From: Camelus dromedarius
Taxonomy: Eukaryota
Direction of reading: 5' to 3'
Assembly (NCBI RefSeq): GCF_036321535.1
Contig: NC_087437.1
Span: 70,372,001-70,436,000 of the forward strand
Length of the DNA: 64,000 nucleotides
The notes below the pieces were generated by a model. That model did not search any database. It had not been told where the DNA came from and was given only the letters and a program-made list of their open reading frames with translations. Positions within the stretch are counted from its first letter, which is position 1. Each line of letters opens with the position of its first letter. Positions 13,641-26,914 of the stretch are shown in pieces. Both the position numbers and the translations under genes were made by a program.

Positions 13641-14439
13641 ACATTTTTTCTGTACTATTTTTTATATAATTTATTTCATTTAATATGAAATGTACAAATT
13701 ACTATAAAGCCCTTAATCTGTATGCCTGAAAATTGTGTGGGTAAAAACTCCTTGATGCTCTTCCCACCCTGCGTGAATCCAAATGCATTGACTTGTCTTG
13801 TGAACTTTTGTTTGAGCTCCAGCCTCCTCTTTTCTCAGAGGACTATATATTATTTATTTTTCTGCTTCTTCTTTCCTCTGAGAACTATGTATTATTTATT
13901 TTTCCCTTTTGCTTTACATTCTACTAATTACCAAAGGTAATTACTTTTGAGAAACTATTATAGTTTTGCCTTCCATTGTCTACTTTCCTCTCAGTAAAGA
14001 AAAAACAAATTGATGAGCATTGACCATTTACCTTTCCAAGCTACGGAAGTTTATAGGGCTTTCTAGTCTTGTCTTTTTTTTTTTTTTTTTTAATATCCCT
14101 ACTTCTATCTTAAGGTTGTCGCACTTCTCAGTACTATTTTTTTCTAAATTGGAGGCTTTTAATGAAGTTTGTTTCAGGATTTGCCCATTCAGTTTTTTAA
14201 AACTATTTGTGGCAGGAGAGAATGTTGCAAATTAGGAGTTGTATCACTTGTCTCTCTTTTTGTGGCTGCCACTTTCCTAAAATTATGGAAGAAAGTTATG
14301 TCCCTTCCTTTTATTAATTATTGCTAGTAATATTTTAGGAGGGAGTAGGTGAGAAAAGGTCTGTCAGAAGGCTGCAAAGTTTTTAAATTTTATTTTGAAA
14401 ATAATAAAATATGTAATGTATATGTATATAGTCTCACTT

Positions 14440-14620
14440 TAAAAATTTTATTATGGAAAATCTTAATTTTACACAAAAGAAGAGAGTATGATATAATAAA
14501 TCTTTATGTGTCCATCACATAGCTACAATATCAATAAATGGTGAATAAACCACATCCACACCCAATTATTCTGAAGTAGGAAATCCAAGATATCATAAAA
14601 TTTCATTCATAAAAATATCA
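14440..14620 (-). mobile_element. Old L1M 3' end fragment
   Basis: aattttattatggaaaat...acacaaaagaagagag...aattattctgaag...aaatccaagatatcata. Confidence 0.6.
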
Positions 14621-14844
14621 ACTTCAGATACAGTTTTTGAAGTTCTTTCTTGGTCCTGAAAAGAGGTTTCTAGAGAAATTCTCTTTGTTGGCTTTCTTTA
14701 AATAGATTATCACCCTGATTTATCTGTAGCCTACTTTACAACTTTATCTAGTCAGAATACCCAGCATTTGTAGTTTCAAACTGTTTGTCTCATTTAGCCT
14801 TGGTCTGTTGTGTTTTTGTCATTAAAGTACGTATGCAAATTAAT

Positions 14845-14955
14845 TCCATTCAATACACATTTATAGAGGTTTTACTGTGAATCACACAGTTCCCTAGGTA
14901 CTACAGATACTGCAGTGAACTGAAAGAGTGCTCTCATAGAGCTTATACTCTAGTG
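14845..14955 (-). mobile_element. L2 3' end
   Basis: ttccattcaatacacattta...ctaggtact...gatactgcagtgaac...ctcatagagcttatactctag. Confidence 0.7.
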
Positions 14956-15819
14956 TTAACTTTGAGAGGTAGCTCTAAAATTCAGCGTCTGTTTATCAAA
15001 GAATGGTTTTCAGTGTGTTTTTGCTTTTTGTCTCTTTAATTTTTATTTTTCATTTGAGGATTAAAACATTTCTCATTAAAACACTGGTTTAAGCATCTTA
15101 TCAAGAAGTCTGGTGAAACAAAATAGAACAGAACAAGACAAAACAAACCAGCCCTTTATTGTTTGGCCTCACTTATAAAGTTGCTGTCACTTTATAGGAG
15201 TCTGAGGAAAAAATTTCAATGAAAACCTTATTGGCTGTTTCAATGACATCAATTCTTGTAGTTCTTTTGTGAGGAAGATAACATGGAAGGAATGGGGAGA
15301 AGTTTAGCTACAGCTATGCTTATTTACCTGCTGTGTAATAGGTCTCAGATGCCCTATACACTGTTGCAGATAGAAATCATTGCTTATTATTTTAATGTAA
15401 GTTTGATTAGAATGTGAATAATTACATAAGAGAGTTATATAAGAAACATAATACAGGGATACTCTAGATCAGCTAATTAACAAGAATTCTGAGATAAAAA
15501 TAAGGTATGATTTGTGCACAACTAAAGAAGCATAGTTTCATTATTATATGATAGGGTTGATAAAGTTATATTGGACTGAGTTGCCAGTAAATCTCTTCTG
15601 GAAAAGTTTATAGTATAAATTAATACTTAAGGTGGTAAACTTCATTGCAATAGGCCAAGAAAAAGAGAAAAATACGCTATCACAGAGAGATGTGAATTGA
15701 ACTATCTATTGAGGAAATAAGTTATCACTAATGCTTTCCTAGGATTTATTGTATCTTAAGGATTTTAAAATTTTAAGTTGTGTACTACTGCATTCATGTT
15801 ATCACCTACTTAGAACTTC

Positions 15820-15935
15820 TTCAACAAATATATGTTGAGTAAATGCTATGTTTATAGGCATTATGCTGGAATCTGCAGGTACATTGGTGATGAAAAGAAG
15901 TATGTCCCATGGATCTTACAGCCTAATTGAGATAG
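15820..15935 (-). mobile_element. L2 3' end
   Basis: ttcaacaaatatatgttgagt...ctatgtttataggcattatgctgg...catggatcttacagcct. Confidence 0.65.
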
Positions 15936-18900
15936 ATATGTATATTTACACATACACACATTTACACATATACTCACACACATAAACATATTAAATAATC
16001 ACAGAAATATATGAATATTTACTTTCAGGTAATACTACTAAATTAGTTAATTTTGTGTTGGCAAGAAATATCTAGTTAGCTGAGATTTATGCTTTTTCAA
16101 ATGGCTTATTTCAAATCTAAACCTGCATCTTTTTTCCCACTGTTTCAATTACAAACTGAATCATTGCTGATTTGTATCCACTAAAGTTACTGAGATTTTC
16201 TTATTTTGTAGGAAGTTTATATGCACTAATATTTTCCATTAGTACAATAGATTGACAGATGCCTCAATTGCTTGGAATTTATTCTACCAAGGGAAAACAA
16301 CGGATAGTGAATTAAAAGTATCAGTTCATTGGGTTAATCATGTTCTGACAGAGTATTGTTACTATCCTTTAAATAAGAAAAGAAATTTGAGTTAAAAAAT
16401 TTAAACAAGTTAAAATTAACCAGAGACTATAAAGGAAAGTAATTTCAGCAGGATTACTTATGCTCTCAATCAAACAAGCAAAACGACGAAAACAGGTGTA
16501 TATGTGGCATCTTCTTATTTTTTGAAGATGATTCTTTCCATCTTTTGTTCTTTGATCTCTACATGAGCAGAAGCACATAAAGTGGCAATGGGGCCAAGGG
16601 TGCTCGATGTCTTGGCACTCATTAAATATGGCAATTAGCACGATTTAGACTGATATATTTCCAAGATGAAAGCATGACTTGGACCAGACACACAAAAAAT
16701 GATGATGGCATTTGTGAAGGTGGAATGACTTTGACCAACAAGGAACAGAAAAGTAACAGAGCTCACCTTAAGAGACTTGGATTATTTGAAAAATTGATTA
16801 CATGATAAGACTGTTTCAGTATAACTGTAATTCTCCGAGGACTTATTAATGCTTCAGTAGCATTAAAGTAAAATGAAAAGACACTAGAGCAGTCTGCTTT
16901 AATAGCTTGCTGGCTTGAACCCCGATACATAATGTTCTTGTAATAGTTTATGGGTGACTGCAGTAAATTGATAGTGAATGTTTTCCATTTTTTGGCTCTT
17001 CATAACAGATCTGCTCTTAGAGAACATTTTGTTCTGAGAATATTATGAAGGCAATTGATCTAGTTTAGAAGTTGCTTGACAATTTTAGTATTGTGTTAAC
17101 TTTTCTCCCCTCCAAACTGTATGATTTTCATCCTTTGAGCTGAAGTCAAATTGTAGTTAGTTTGGACTTAAGCAGTTTACTCATTTATACTTCACCTTCT
17201 CTGACTATTATTTTGTAAGTACCACCATAAAGAAATAAAAATATATTTTCTCCCAATTTTTTTTACCTTTATCTATTTAAGAAAGGTAAAATCTGTCCTT
17301 CTTCTTGACAGAGAAAACAATTTGAAGTAGATTAATTTGGAACTTAAATAGTTTGTTGGTGTATCATTAGTGATCATATTCAAGGATTGTATTTTAAAAA
17401 GAGAATTATGATGCACCAAAAAAGTTTCTTTATTTTACACACAATGAAGGCTGAGAATTGCCTAGGATTTAGTGAATTGAATTATCTAATGTGGGGTTCC
17501 CTGAAGTATTTAGTGCATGCCCTGTTTTTTAGTTTTTCAAAACTCAAATATTCATGCTGTACATACAGTAAAAACAAGTTACAGACTTATTAGAAACTGA
17601 AATGTTCTCAACGTTAATATTACACCCACAGAAAATTAGAGGATATGTGAGCACCCTATTCATTTTTTTTAGTCTGCAGTGTGCCTAGGAACATTTGTTT
17701 CATATAATAGTTACATTACAAAATTAATGGACTGAGGATGGAAAGGGGATTTGGAGGAATGTGAAATAAAGTCTGGATATATACTACATGCAGGTGGAAG
17801 ATATTTGAGGAACATTTATGGAACAAAGTGCAGTCTCTTCCTACCAAGGTCTAGGCATCCAAAAGCGACAAGAAGAATCAATGTGGTTATATAAAACTGC
17901 AGAGAAACTTCTGGTCAGACAGAGAGTTCTGAAGATGTGGCAATAAAGCAATGAAAGGAAAAACTGAGCTAATAAAAAAAATGCAGAGAGGAGTTAGAAA
18001 TAATTAGAAAAGAAATAAAATATCTCAACAAAAATAGCTAAAACAAAAATTTAGGGGACGCCAATGCAGAGCAGCCCAGCTGACAGAAAAGGATTTTAAA
18101 ATTGTGTGTACAAAATGCAGACAACATGACTGGAAATGAAGTACTTGCTCCTTTGTGTAAGAGTTAAAGAGCAAGACATTCCTGAGCAACACAACTCTGC
18201 ACTAAGATTTGTTGCACTTTCTAAAATGAATTTTGAAGTAAATTGCTGAAAGTCAAATGTCTTCAACTGCCTGAAGTACCCAGGGTCTCATGTAATACAC
18301 TGTCTTTAGTGTTTTATGGCTTAGACAAATATAGTTTTAACATCAATATGTGTGTGAACATGGTTATGCTACATCTATGGATTACCCAAAATAAAACCAA
18401 TAACAGTTAATCAGCAAAGTCAATTTAGCCTTTGTATATAAAAAGCCCTTCAAAATGTTTTGTTAAATCCTATGAAATTGGTTTCAGTGACAAAGGTTTC
18501 AGATCCTTGCAAATGGTAATGAATTCAGAGACATATAATGAGAAACACGGTAGTCTGGTCTAGACAGATTTAGATAAATTAATGACCCAAATAGTTGATG
18601 GCAGCCACAGTTTTTAACTTTGAGTAAAGGAATCTTGAAAGTAATTCAGTGAAGAAATACTTTCTTTTTTTCCTTTTGCTTTTTAAAATATTTGATTGTC
18701 TTTTTGAGGCTGAGAAAGAAAAGATGAAATCTACAGACTTCATTGTCCTAGACTCACTATTTTCTCTCTTCTGCCTTATACATAAATCTGTTTTGCTTCT
18801 TTATGTTTATTCATCTCCTGCTTTAAATAAACATATATTGTGTGTATAATATATATTAATGTTTCTCTGTGTGCACATACACACACGCATACTCTTCCAT

Positions 18901-19907
18901 TTATGTTCATTTAGTAAGGCTTTTAAAATATTTATTGAAATAATTATTTTGGGTGGATTGATTCTACATCAAATAGTCTTATTATAAATGAAAGACTTCC
19001 CTTCTGTTAAATGGAAGCTTCTTTTAACACTACAATGAGATAGAACTATATTGCTATAGTATAACCCTGTATGGTCGGATGTCCTATTGGTTGTAGAACC
19101 TAATTTAAATTTTTACAAAGTGTTAGATGAATAAAAGGGCAAGATGCAGTCATGGACTACAAGTTTTTCATCCCTTAGTTATTTCTATAGTCTGTACTTT
19201 ACATTAATGGTCAACTTTTATCTTGTGACAAAAGTCAACCTTACATGTATGTGCTCTTTTATTTTTCTTCATATATTTGGAATGCCACCTTTAATTTAGA
19301 GTAAGTAAGGGAAATACTTAACTGTTTTTTCCTAAGATAATAACTTGCATGAGTATAAAGAACTTGGTGTTTGAATTTCAGATATAATCATCACGATTTC
19401 TCATTGAAATTAGGCTTAAACCTATGAAATTTAACAGCAAAGACAAAAGCAACCTTACTGAAAAAACACTATCTTTCTCTAACAAGGTTACAGAAAAAAA
19501 TATTTTTCCAATATTTCATATAAATAACATAAACGTATACATACACACATAGAAAGTTTATAAAAATTACACTTATGCAAAATTAAAAACAATACTAAAT
19601 ACTAAAGACCTAATAACTAAAGTTTCTGTGTAATGAAGCTGTTCTTTTCAATGATGTCCTATAATGTGAATTTTGTTTAAAAACTTTTGTAAAATGAGTG
19701 CATTTGAGTCAATATCCAAACATGAATCCCTATTAAAATAAATATATTTCCACACTTTCTGCTGTACAAACTGAGGAGATCTGTTAAACGGATAATGCCA
19801 TTATCCTTGTTGTTCTGTCATCAGAAAGGTCTACTTTTACAATTCAAACGATCTACTTTTCTCCAGACTCAGAAAAGTCACCATCACTTAAAATTAGTGT
19901 GTTCTAA

Positions 19908-20650
19908 AACACAAAACAAATGAATAAACATAACCAAACAGAAATAGAGTTATGGATACAGAGAACAAACAGGTGGTTGCCAGATGGAAGGGGAATGAGA
20001 GGGAGGAGAGAAATAGGTGAGGGAGATTAAGAGGTACAAACTTTCAGTTACAAAATAAATAAGTCACAGGTATGAAATATGCACGGTGGGGAATAGAGTC
20101 AATAATTATGTAATATCTTTGTAAGATAATGACAACTAGACTTATCATGGTGATCATTTTGAAATGTATAGAACTATTGAATCACTATGGTATGTACCAG
20201 GAACTAACATAGTATTGTAGGTCAATTATACTTCAAAAATAAACTCATAGAAAATGAGATTAGATTTCTGATTGCCAGAGGTGGATAGGGGTAGGGGGAG
20301 GAGGAATTGGATGAAGGTAGTCAAAAGGTACAAACTTCCACTTATAAGATAAATAAGTGCTAGGGATGTAATGTACATGTGGTAAAGACAATTAACAGTG
20401 CTATTCATTATGAATAAAAGTCGTTAGGAGAGTAAATCTTAATAGTTCTTTCCACAAGGAAAAAAATTAGTTTTTTTCCTACTTCATTAATGTTGTATAT
20501 GTATACATTTTATATATATGAGATAATGGGTGTTCACCAAAACTGTTATGGTCATCATTTCATGATGTATGTAAGTCAAATAATTATGTTGTACACCTTA
20601 AACTTATCCAGTGCTGTACGTTAATTATATCTCAATAAAACTGGAAAAAA
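19908..20650 (+). mobile_element. 5'-truncated laurasiatherian L1 3' UTR (L1MA9/L1_Art-like) with TSD
   Basis: gatacagagaacaaacaggtggttgccaga...aaggtacaaacttcca...tacaccttaaactta...tcaataaaactggaaaaaa; TSD aaaattagtgtgttctaa (19890-19907) / aaaataagtggattctaa (20647-20664), 15/18. Confidence 0.9.
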
Positions 20651-21799
20651 TAAGTGGATTCTAACAGTGGAAATGTTTGTATCTTTGTCAAACTAAATGT
20701 TATGTTAAAATATATCTCACATTTCTACAAAGAATGCTGTTCTCATTTAAAAAGAAATGAGTAGAGGTGTTTTGAAAGCGGCTGGACTTTTGGATCAAAA
20801 TAAATATGCAATTTATATATTAGTATAATGATTTTAGGAATTCATTGCATTTTGAAACTTTTTTCTGAATAACAGTAGTATTTTGGCCTTTAAGACACAT
20901 TATTCAAAATATTTTGAATAAAAGTTGGGACATTTGTTCCAAAGTTTAGAATCTGTCCACATAATAATTCAAGTGATCTCCACTTTTAAAAACCTAATTT
21001 ATGAAAATTTAGGATTTGCAAAAAGAGATAAATTAAGGAATGATAGTTTGCTACATAGATGAGTTATGGTTTGCAAAATATTTTAAAAGTGTGATTTCTT
21101 TACAAATTTTGATTTACACTTGTTTGCTTAACATATAAAAAGAATTAACTCTATATTCTAAAACTCATATTTTTTAAGACAAATGCAACTGTGTATCATG
21201 TAATGGACTTTTATGCATCCAAATGAGTATTATTCTTTGTAAAGTAGTCACGTTGGGAGATATTTCTTCATTTAAGTAGTACAGCCACAACTCTAAATAT
21301 TGTACTGTGTTAGACTTGCCTTCAGAGCCAACAACATATCCTTTTGAAAATTTTTTGTGGAAAACAACCCTTTGATTTAATTTTTTAAAATATTCCAGAG
21401 TAATTTAAAGCCATGTTTACAAGTTTATTGCCCTAGCAAAACCTGGCCTATTCTGACTGGTACAGTTCTCTAAATCCCTTATCTTCATTTCCTTACCTCT
21501 AACTTTTCAACCTGTTCCAATTAAGTGCCATTTGCCCCATCCACTTCTTTTAACTACTCTTTCTAAGGCTATATGTATGGCCTGTCGGTTTTGGATGATG
21601 AAAAGGGGTATTTTTTTTAACATTATAGAAATAATAAAGCCATTTATCTTGTGTAGTTTTGTGAAGTCTCTAAAGGCAATTTCAAAAGGGATGTAACTTA
21701 CAGTATTTCAAGAATGGTAGAATCATTGAAATAAAAATATTACTTTCACTGTGGCAAAGGGTATTTGGATCTTTAACTTTTGGATATGTGATATGTATC

Positions 21800-22140
21800 T
21801 TCAATTCAGTGCAGTAAATATTTATTGAGTACATGTATTATGCAAATCACAGTAGCAGGCATTGAGGCAAAATGCAAAGATGAAGAAATAATATGCCCAG
21901 TCCTGACTCAGTGACATATAGTGAGGGAGGGGAATACCTTTCAATGACTCTACCACAGGACAGATTTAAGGGTTCTCTTGGAGTTACAAAGCACTTCATA
22001 AATACAGGAGAGGGAAGGATTTGTTGTAACCGTGGCCTGACAGTTAAGTTGAACCTAGAAGTACATAGATTGAAACCTTGACAGGTAGGGATGGAAGAAA
22101 AGACATTCTAGGAAGAGGAAGTAATTTGTTCAATTGTAGA
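21800..22140 (-). mobile_element. L2 fragment
   Basis: gtaaatatttattgagtac..., gacattctaggaagaggaa. Confidence 0.7.
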
Positions 22141-22549
22141 GTAGGGTTTATGTCTTTAAAAAAATGAGTATTTTACTTTCTAATAACAGCTTTCACATTA
22201 AAAACTGTGCTGTTTTCAACTTTATCAGCATTATAGGATATTCCTCAATTTAATGCAGTTGAATTTCACAGACACTCTTTGTCTTTTTTGTTTGTCTTTC
22301 TGTGTGTGTTTGTTTTGTCTTTTTGTGTGTGTATGTGCCCTATTTGTCTTTTCTTAGTACTCATGCCTGTGTCTTTCTCTTACTGTGTCTTTCCTTTCCT
22401 CTTTACCTCTTTCTCATCTTCCCTATATGTTTCATTTTTGTCACAATTTTCCTTCCATTTTGATTGTGTCACCAAAATTGAAATAGATCTGTTAAACTTA
22501 ATTTTATGTTTCCTATTCTTAATTTTAGGCATAAATGGTTTTAATTCTT

Positions 22550-24460
22550 TTTTTAATCAATAAACTATTTTTGGAGCAATTTTAGGATACAAAAAAAAAA
22601 AAAAACTGAGCGGAATTTACAGAATTCTCAGATACCCGTTAGCAACACCCTCACCCCACCCTCAGTTTTCATTTATTAACTAGACTCATGCTGGCATGGT
22701 ACATTTATTACAACTGATGAACCAATATTGATACATTATTATTAACTCAAATACATAGTTTACATTAGGATTCACTCTGTGTGATACAGCTCTATGGGTT
22801 TTGAAAAATACATAGTGTCATGTGTCCACCTAAAAATTAAAAATTCTCTGTTGTTCTACCTATTTGTCCATCTCCTCAATACCCCAGTACTTCCTCCCCC
22901 ACCTCCAATCCTTGGTTACCTTTTTACTGTCTCTATAGTTTTACCTTTTCCAGAATGTCATATGACTGGAATTAAACAGTATGTAGCCTTTCAGACTGAC
23001 TTCTTCCATTTAGCAATATGCATTTAAGATTCCTCTGTCTCTTTTTGTGGCTTGATAGTTCATTTTTAGTGCTAGATAATATTCCATTGTGTGGATGTGC
23101 CACAGTTTGTTTATCCATTCACCTATTAAAGGGCAGACACCTTAGTTGCTTCCAGTGTTTGTCAATTATAAATAAATCTGCTGTAAACATTCATGTACAG
23201 AATTTTGTGTGGACGTAAGTTTCAATTTATTTGGGTAAATACTAAAGAGTATGATTACTGGATCATATGGTAACATTATATTTAGCTTTATAACAAATTA
23301 CCAAACTGTATTCCAAAGTTGTTGTGATATTTTGCATTCCCATCTCACTAGTTGTTTTGGTTTTAGCCATTTTAATAGATGTGAAGTAATATCGCATTGT
23401 TGTTTTAACTTGTAATTCCCTAATGGCTTATGATATTGAACATCTTTCCATGTGCTCATTTGCTATCTGTATGTTTTCTTTGGTGAAGTGTTCAGATCTT
23501 GGGCCCATTTTTTGAGTTATTTTTCTTACTGTTGAATTTAAGAATTCTTTGTATATTTTGGATAGCAGTCCTTTACGAGACATGGATTTGCAAACATTTT
23601 CTCCTACTCTATGACTTGTTTTGACAGAATGAAAGCTTTTAGTTTTAATAAAATCCAAATTATCAGTTATTTCTTTCATGGATCATGCTTTTGTTCTCAT
23701 ATCTAAAAACTCTATGCCAAACTCTACGTCACCTAGATTTTTTTTTACTATGTTATGTCCTAGAAGTGTTATAGTTTTCTGTTTTATATTTAGTTCGATG
23801 ATCCATTTTGAGTTAATTTTTGTGATAGGTACAGTGTCAGTGTCTAGATTGATTGGTTGATTGTAGCACTTGTTGAAAAGAATATCATTGCTCCATTGTA
23901 TTGCCTTTGTCAAAGATTAGTTAATTATATTTATGTGAGTCTATTTCTGTACTGTCTGTTTTGTTCCACTGATCTATCTGTCTTTTTTTTTGTACCAATA
24001 CCACACTGTCTTGATTACAGTAGCTTTGTAGTTAAGTCTTCAGGTCAGTCAGTGTCAGTCTTCTGACTTTGTTCTTTTACTTCAATATAAAGTTGGCTAT
24101 TCTGGGTCTTTTCCCTCTCCATATAAACTTTAGAATCAGTTTGTTGATATCTACAAAATGATTTTTTGTGATTTTGACTGAGATTGCATTGAATCAGTAG
24201 GTCAAACTGAGAAGAACAGACATCTTGACAATATTAAGTCTTCTATCCATGGATATGGAATATCTCTTCATTTATTTACTCCTGTGATTTCTGTCATCAG
24301 AATTTTATAGGTTTGCTTATATGGATTTTGTACATAGTTCATTAGATTTATACCTAAGAATTTATTAAATGTTTTGGTGCTAATGTAATTGGTGTTGTGT
24401 TTTAATTTCAAATTTCAGTGGTTAATTGGTAGTATATGAGAAAGTAATTGAATTTTTTTA
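22550..24460 (-). mobile_element. L1MC-type element, 3' UTR plus ORF2 C-terminal remnants
   Basis: L1MC 3' end (ggtacatttattacaactgatgaaccaatattgatacattattattaac); minus ORFs 23428-23913 give AIQWSNDILFNK..., TKINSKWIIELN, LDFIKTKSF, HMERCSIS (L1 ORF2). Confidence 0.92.
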
Positions 24461-25194
24461 CAGTTGTAATGCCTGACTCTTGTTTTCTCAACAACAACAA
24501 CAACAACAAAGAAAAACCCAGAAGCCTATACTAGTACAAATAAACTAAATTGCTCTTGGCTTCTGTATGATTCCCAACTGTTCTTTTATATATATGATTA
24601 GAAAACAGCTTCCCATAAAAAATTTATACTACTACTGTTGGTTATAAGCTCATATTTTTATTCATACTTTATTCTGGAATGTATGTCAAATATGGCATGA
24701 AGTGTTTCCAACCACATTATAAGTTTCATTTGTGTATTCCGTTGGAAATAAAAGAATAGTTCTGCCCTTTTTTTTTAAGATTGGAGAGCTAGAATGTGTC
24801 TTGTAATACTTCATTAATTTTTTTTAAGGACTCATTTTCAAAAACCTGGGAAACACTGAAAAGTATGATTTTTTTTCCAGAATCCTACAGCATTTGTCAT
24901 AATTTGGAATACAGGCTTTTGTTTTTTGATTTGTGGGAAATGACATCAGGATTACAGACAGCCATTCTGGATATCATTTCTTCCTAGTAACGATCAAGGG
25001 TTAGGTACATATAAGAGAAAGATTATGCTAGTTCACTTAAATGTAGACATAAGTATGTTACTGCTAGTATTGACAGAAGTGCTTGTTACCTTTTTTCTTT
25101 TATCCCTGTTTGAAACCACTGTTTTTATTATTTCTTTTTCTTGACTTTTCTCTTATTCTTGGGATTATAATATCTATATTACTATGTTTAATAG

Positions 25195-25345
25195 ATTCTT
25201 TTTTGAAAAATTAAGATCTAATTCACATACCATAAAATTTCACCCACTTAGATTTTACAATTTTGTGACTTTTAGTATGTTCAGAAGATTTTGCAAACAT
25301 TACCATCATCTAATTCTAGAATATTTCATCACCCCAAAGATTCTA
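25195..25345 (-). mobile_element. L1MB-type 3' tip
   Basis: taattcacataccataaaatttcaccc...ctagaatatttcatcaccccaaa. Confidence 0.75.
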
Positions 25346-25429
25346 CAGTGTGGAACTAGCAGTCATTCCTGGAGATCCAGCCTGTGCTATTCCAGTTATT
25401 TTATAACTACCTGATCCTCTAGCTACCTA

Positions 25430-25720
25430 ATGTCCTACGATGAATATATTGATGCTGGCGATTTCTCTCTTGGTCTCCTCTTTTTCAAGCCAACTCTCCT
25501 TAGTTACTTCAACTAACCCTGCTACTTCAAGACTTCTAATTATTCTGTATGTTTTTCCTTATAGGATTTTTGATATGGAAATGTCCTTATCAAAATGGAG
25601 TGTCTAAAGTAAAACACAGGCCGTGGTTTGACCAGTGCACATGGGTTAATTGCTATCCTCTTTAATTTGTTGTTGTAGCTGATATTATTGATCATGAGGC
25701 CTTGACTGATGCATAGAAAT
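25430..25720 (-). mobile_element. CR1/L3 fragment
   Basis: Resembles antisense L3: ctcctcttttttcaagccaac...aatgtccttatcaaaatggagtgtc...gtggtttgaccagtgca. Confidence 0.5.
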
Positions 25721-26389
25721 TCTGAAATCTGTCAATATTGCCAACAGTCCCCACAGTATCTATAGTTTCCTTCTTCTAATGAGTAATAATAATTTTTAAA
25801 AGTATTGGGGCTTGGAGAGGGAAAAGGGATGAATATGGTGAATAGGGGCACATGACTAACAGAAACTTAATGTATACCCAGCATAATGAAAAACACCTGT
25901 TCATTCACTGTAGGTGCACTTCTAAACTTGCCAGTCCTAAAAAATAAATATATTAAAACTAAGGCTGGGGATAGGTATATTTCTTGAAATGGGCCAAACA
26001 TTTATGGAGTTTGTGATAGCACCAGATAAGTAAATGTTACAGTCTATCATACACTGACAATATCTTCAATAAGTAAAATGAGAAATGGTTATATTATGAA
26101 GAAAAACAATGAAAATACTCATGTTTCATTTATGCTGAAAGTTTTACCAAAGTTACTAAATGAAAGTAACATTTGTGACTTAGGGTAGAGCTTAGGAAAT
26201 AGAGGTCTTTGTACTGAAGTTTTTTCTTTAAATGTTAGACTACTTCTAGTGGATTGTTTAATGATTCTAAGTAGAAACTGTGGAAAAGCAGGTCTAACAG
26301 TCACCAGATGTTCTGGGATTTTAAATGGTATGCTAAAAGTAGCAGCTTACATAAAGCTTTTGAAAATTTGCAATGTCAATCATTTCTTA

Positions 26390-26735
26390 TTTTTTAAATG
26401 AACTATTTAAAAATATAGTAAGGCACAGAATTAATAAATCAAAAACCCATCACTTATTTGTAAAAATGTTAGCATTAACAATATTTGTTAAAGAAAATTT
26501 TTACAGAAATTAGCCACTACAGAAATAGTTGAAGTTCCCTCCTGTTTATATTTCTTTATCTTTTTTCTCAGAGATGACCACTTTCTTGAGATTAATGCAT
26601 GTGCTTTAAGACCATATTTTTACTATATATGCATATGTGTAATATATAGATACAGTGTCTTTGTGTATGCCCATGAACATTTAGCATAGTTTTGTGTATT
26701 TAAAAAATTTACATGAATCATATCTCATCATAATG
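26390..26735 (-). mobile_element. Ancient L1ME 3' region (left part, probably continues after ~29995)
   Basis: ctcagagatgaccact..., tttacatgaatcatatc; L1ME-like text resumes at tatgtgtcattctgcaac. Confidence 0.55.
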
Positions 26736-26914
26736 CCATGGTTTCCAATCTAGATACCAAGTGCTCCTGGAGTGCCACAGTGAACTCGTAGGTGTGCTAT
26801 AGGATATTTTAAATTTTCAAGAGAAATATGGCAATATCCATCATCTGTCAGAAGCCAGGTCAGCCACTAGCTTGAGATAGTACACAGTTTCAACATTGAT
26901 TTCAGTCCATCCTT

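Noticed and set aside
16212..16320. Acceptor-like ttattttgtag| followed by a possible exon
   Set aside because: Stop codons in all three frames and a weak donor
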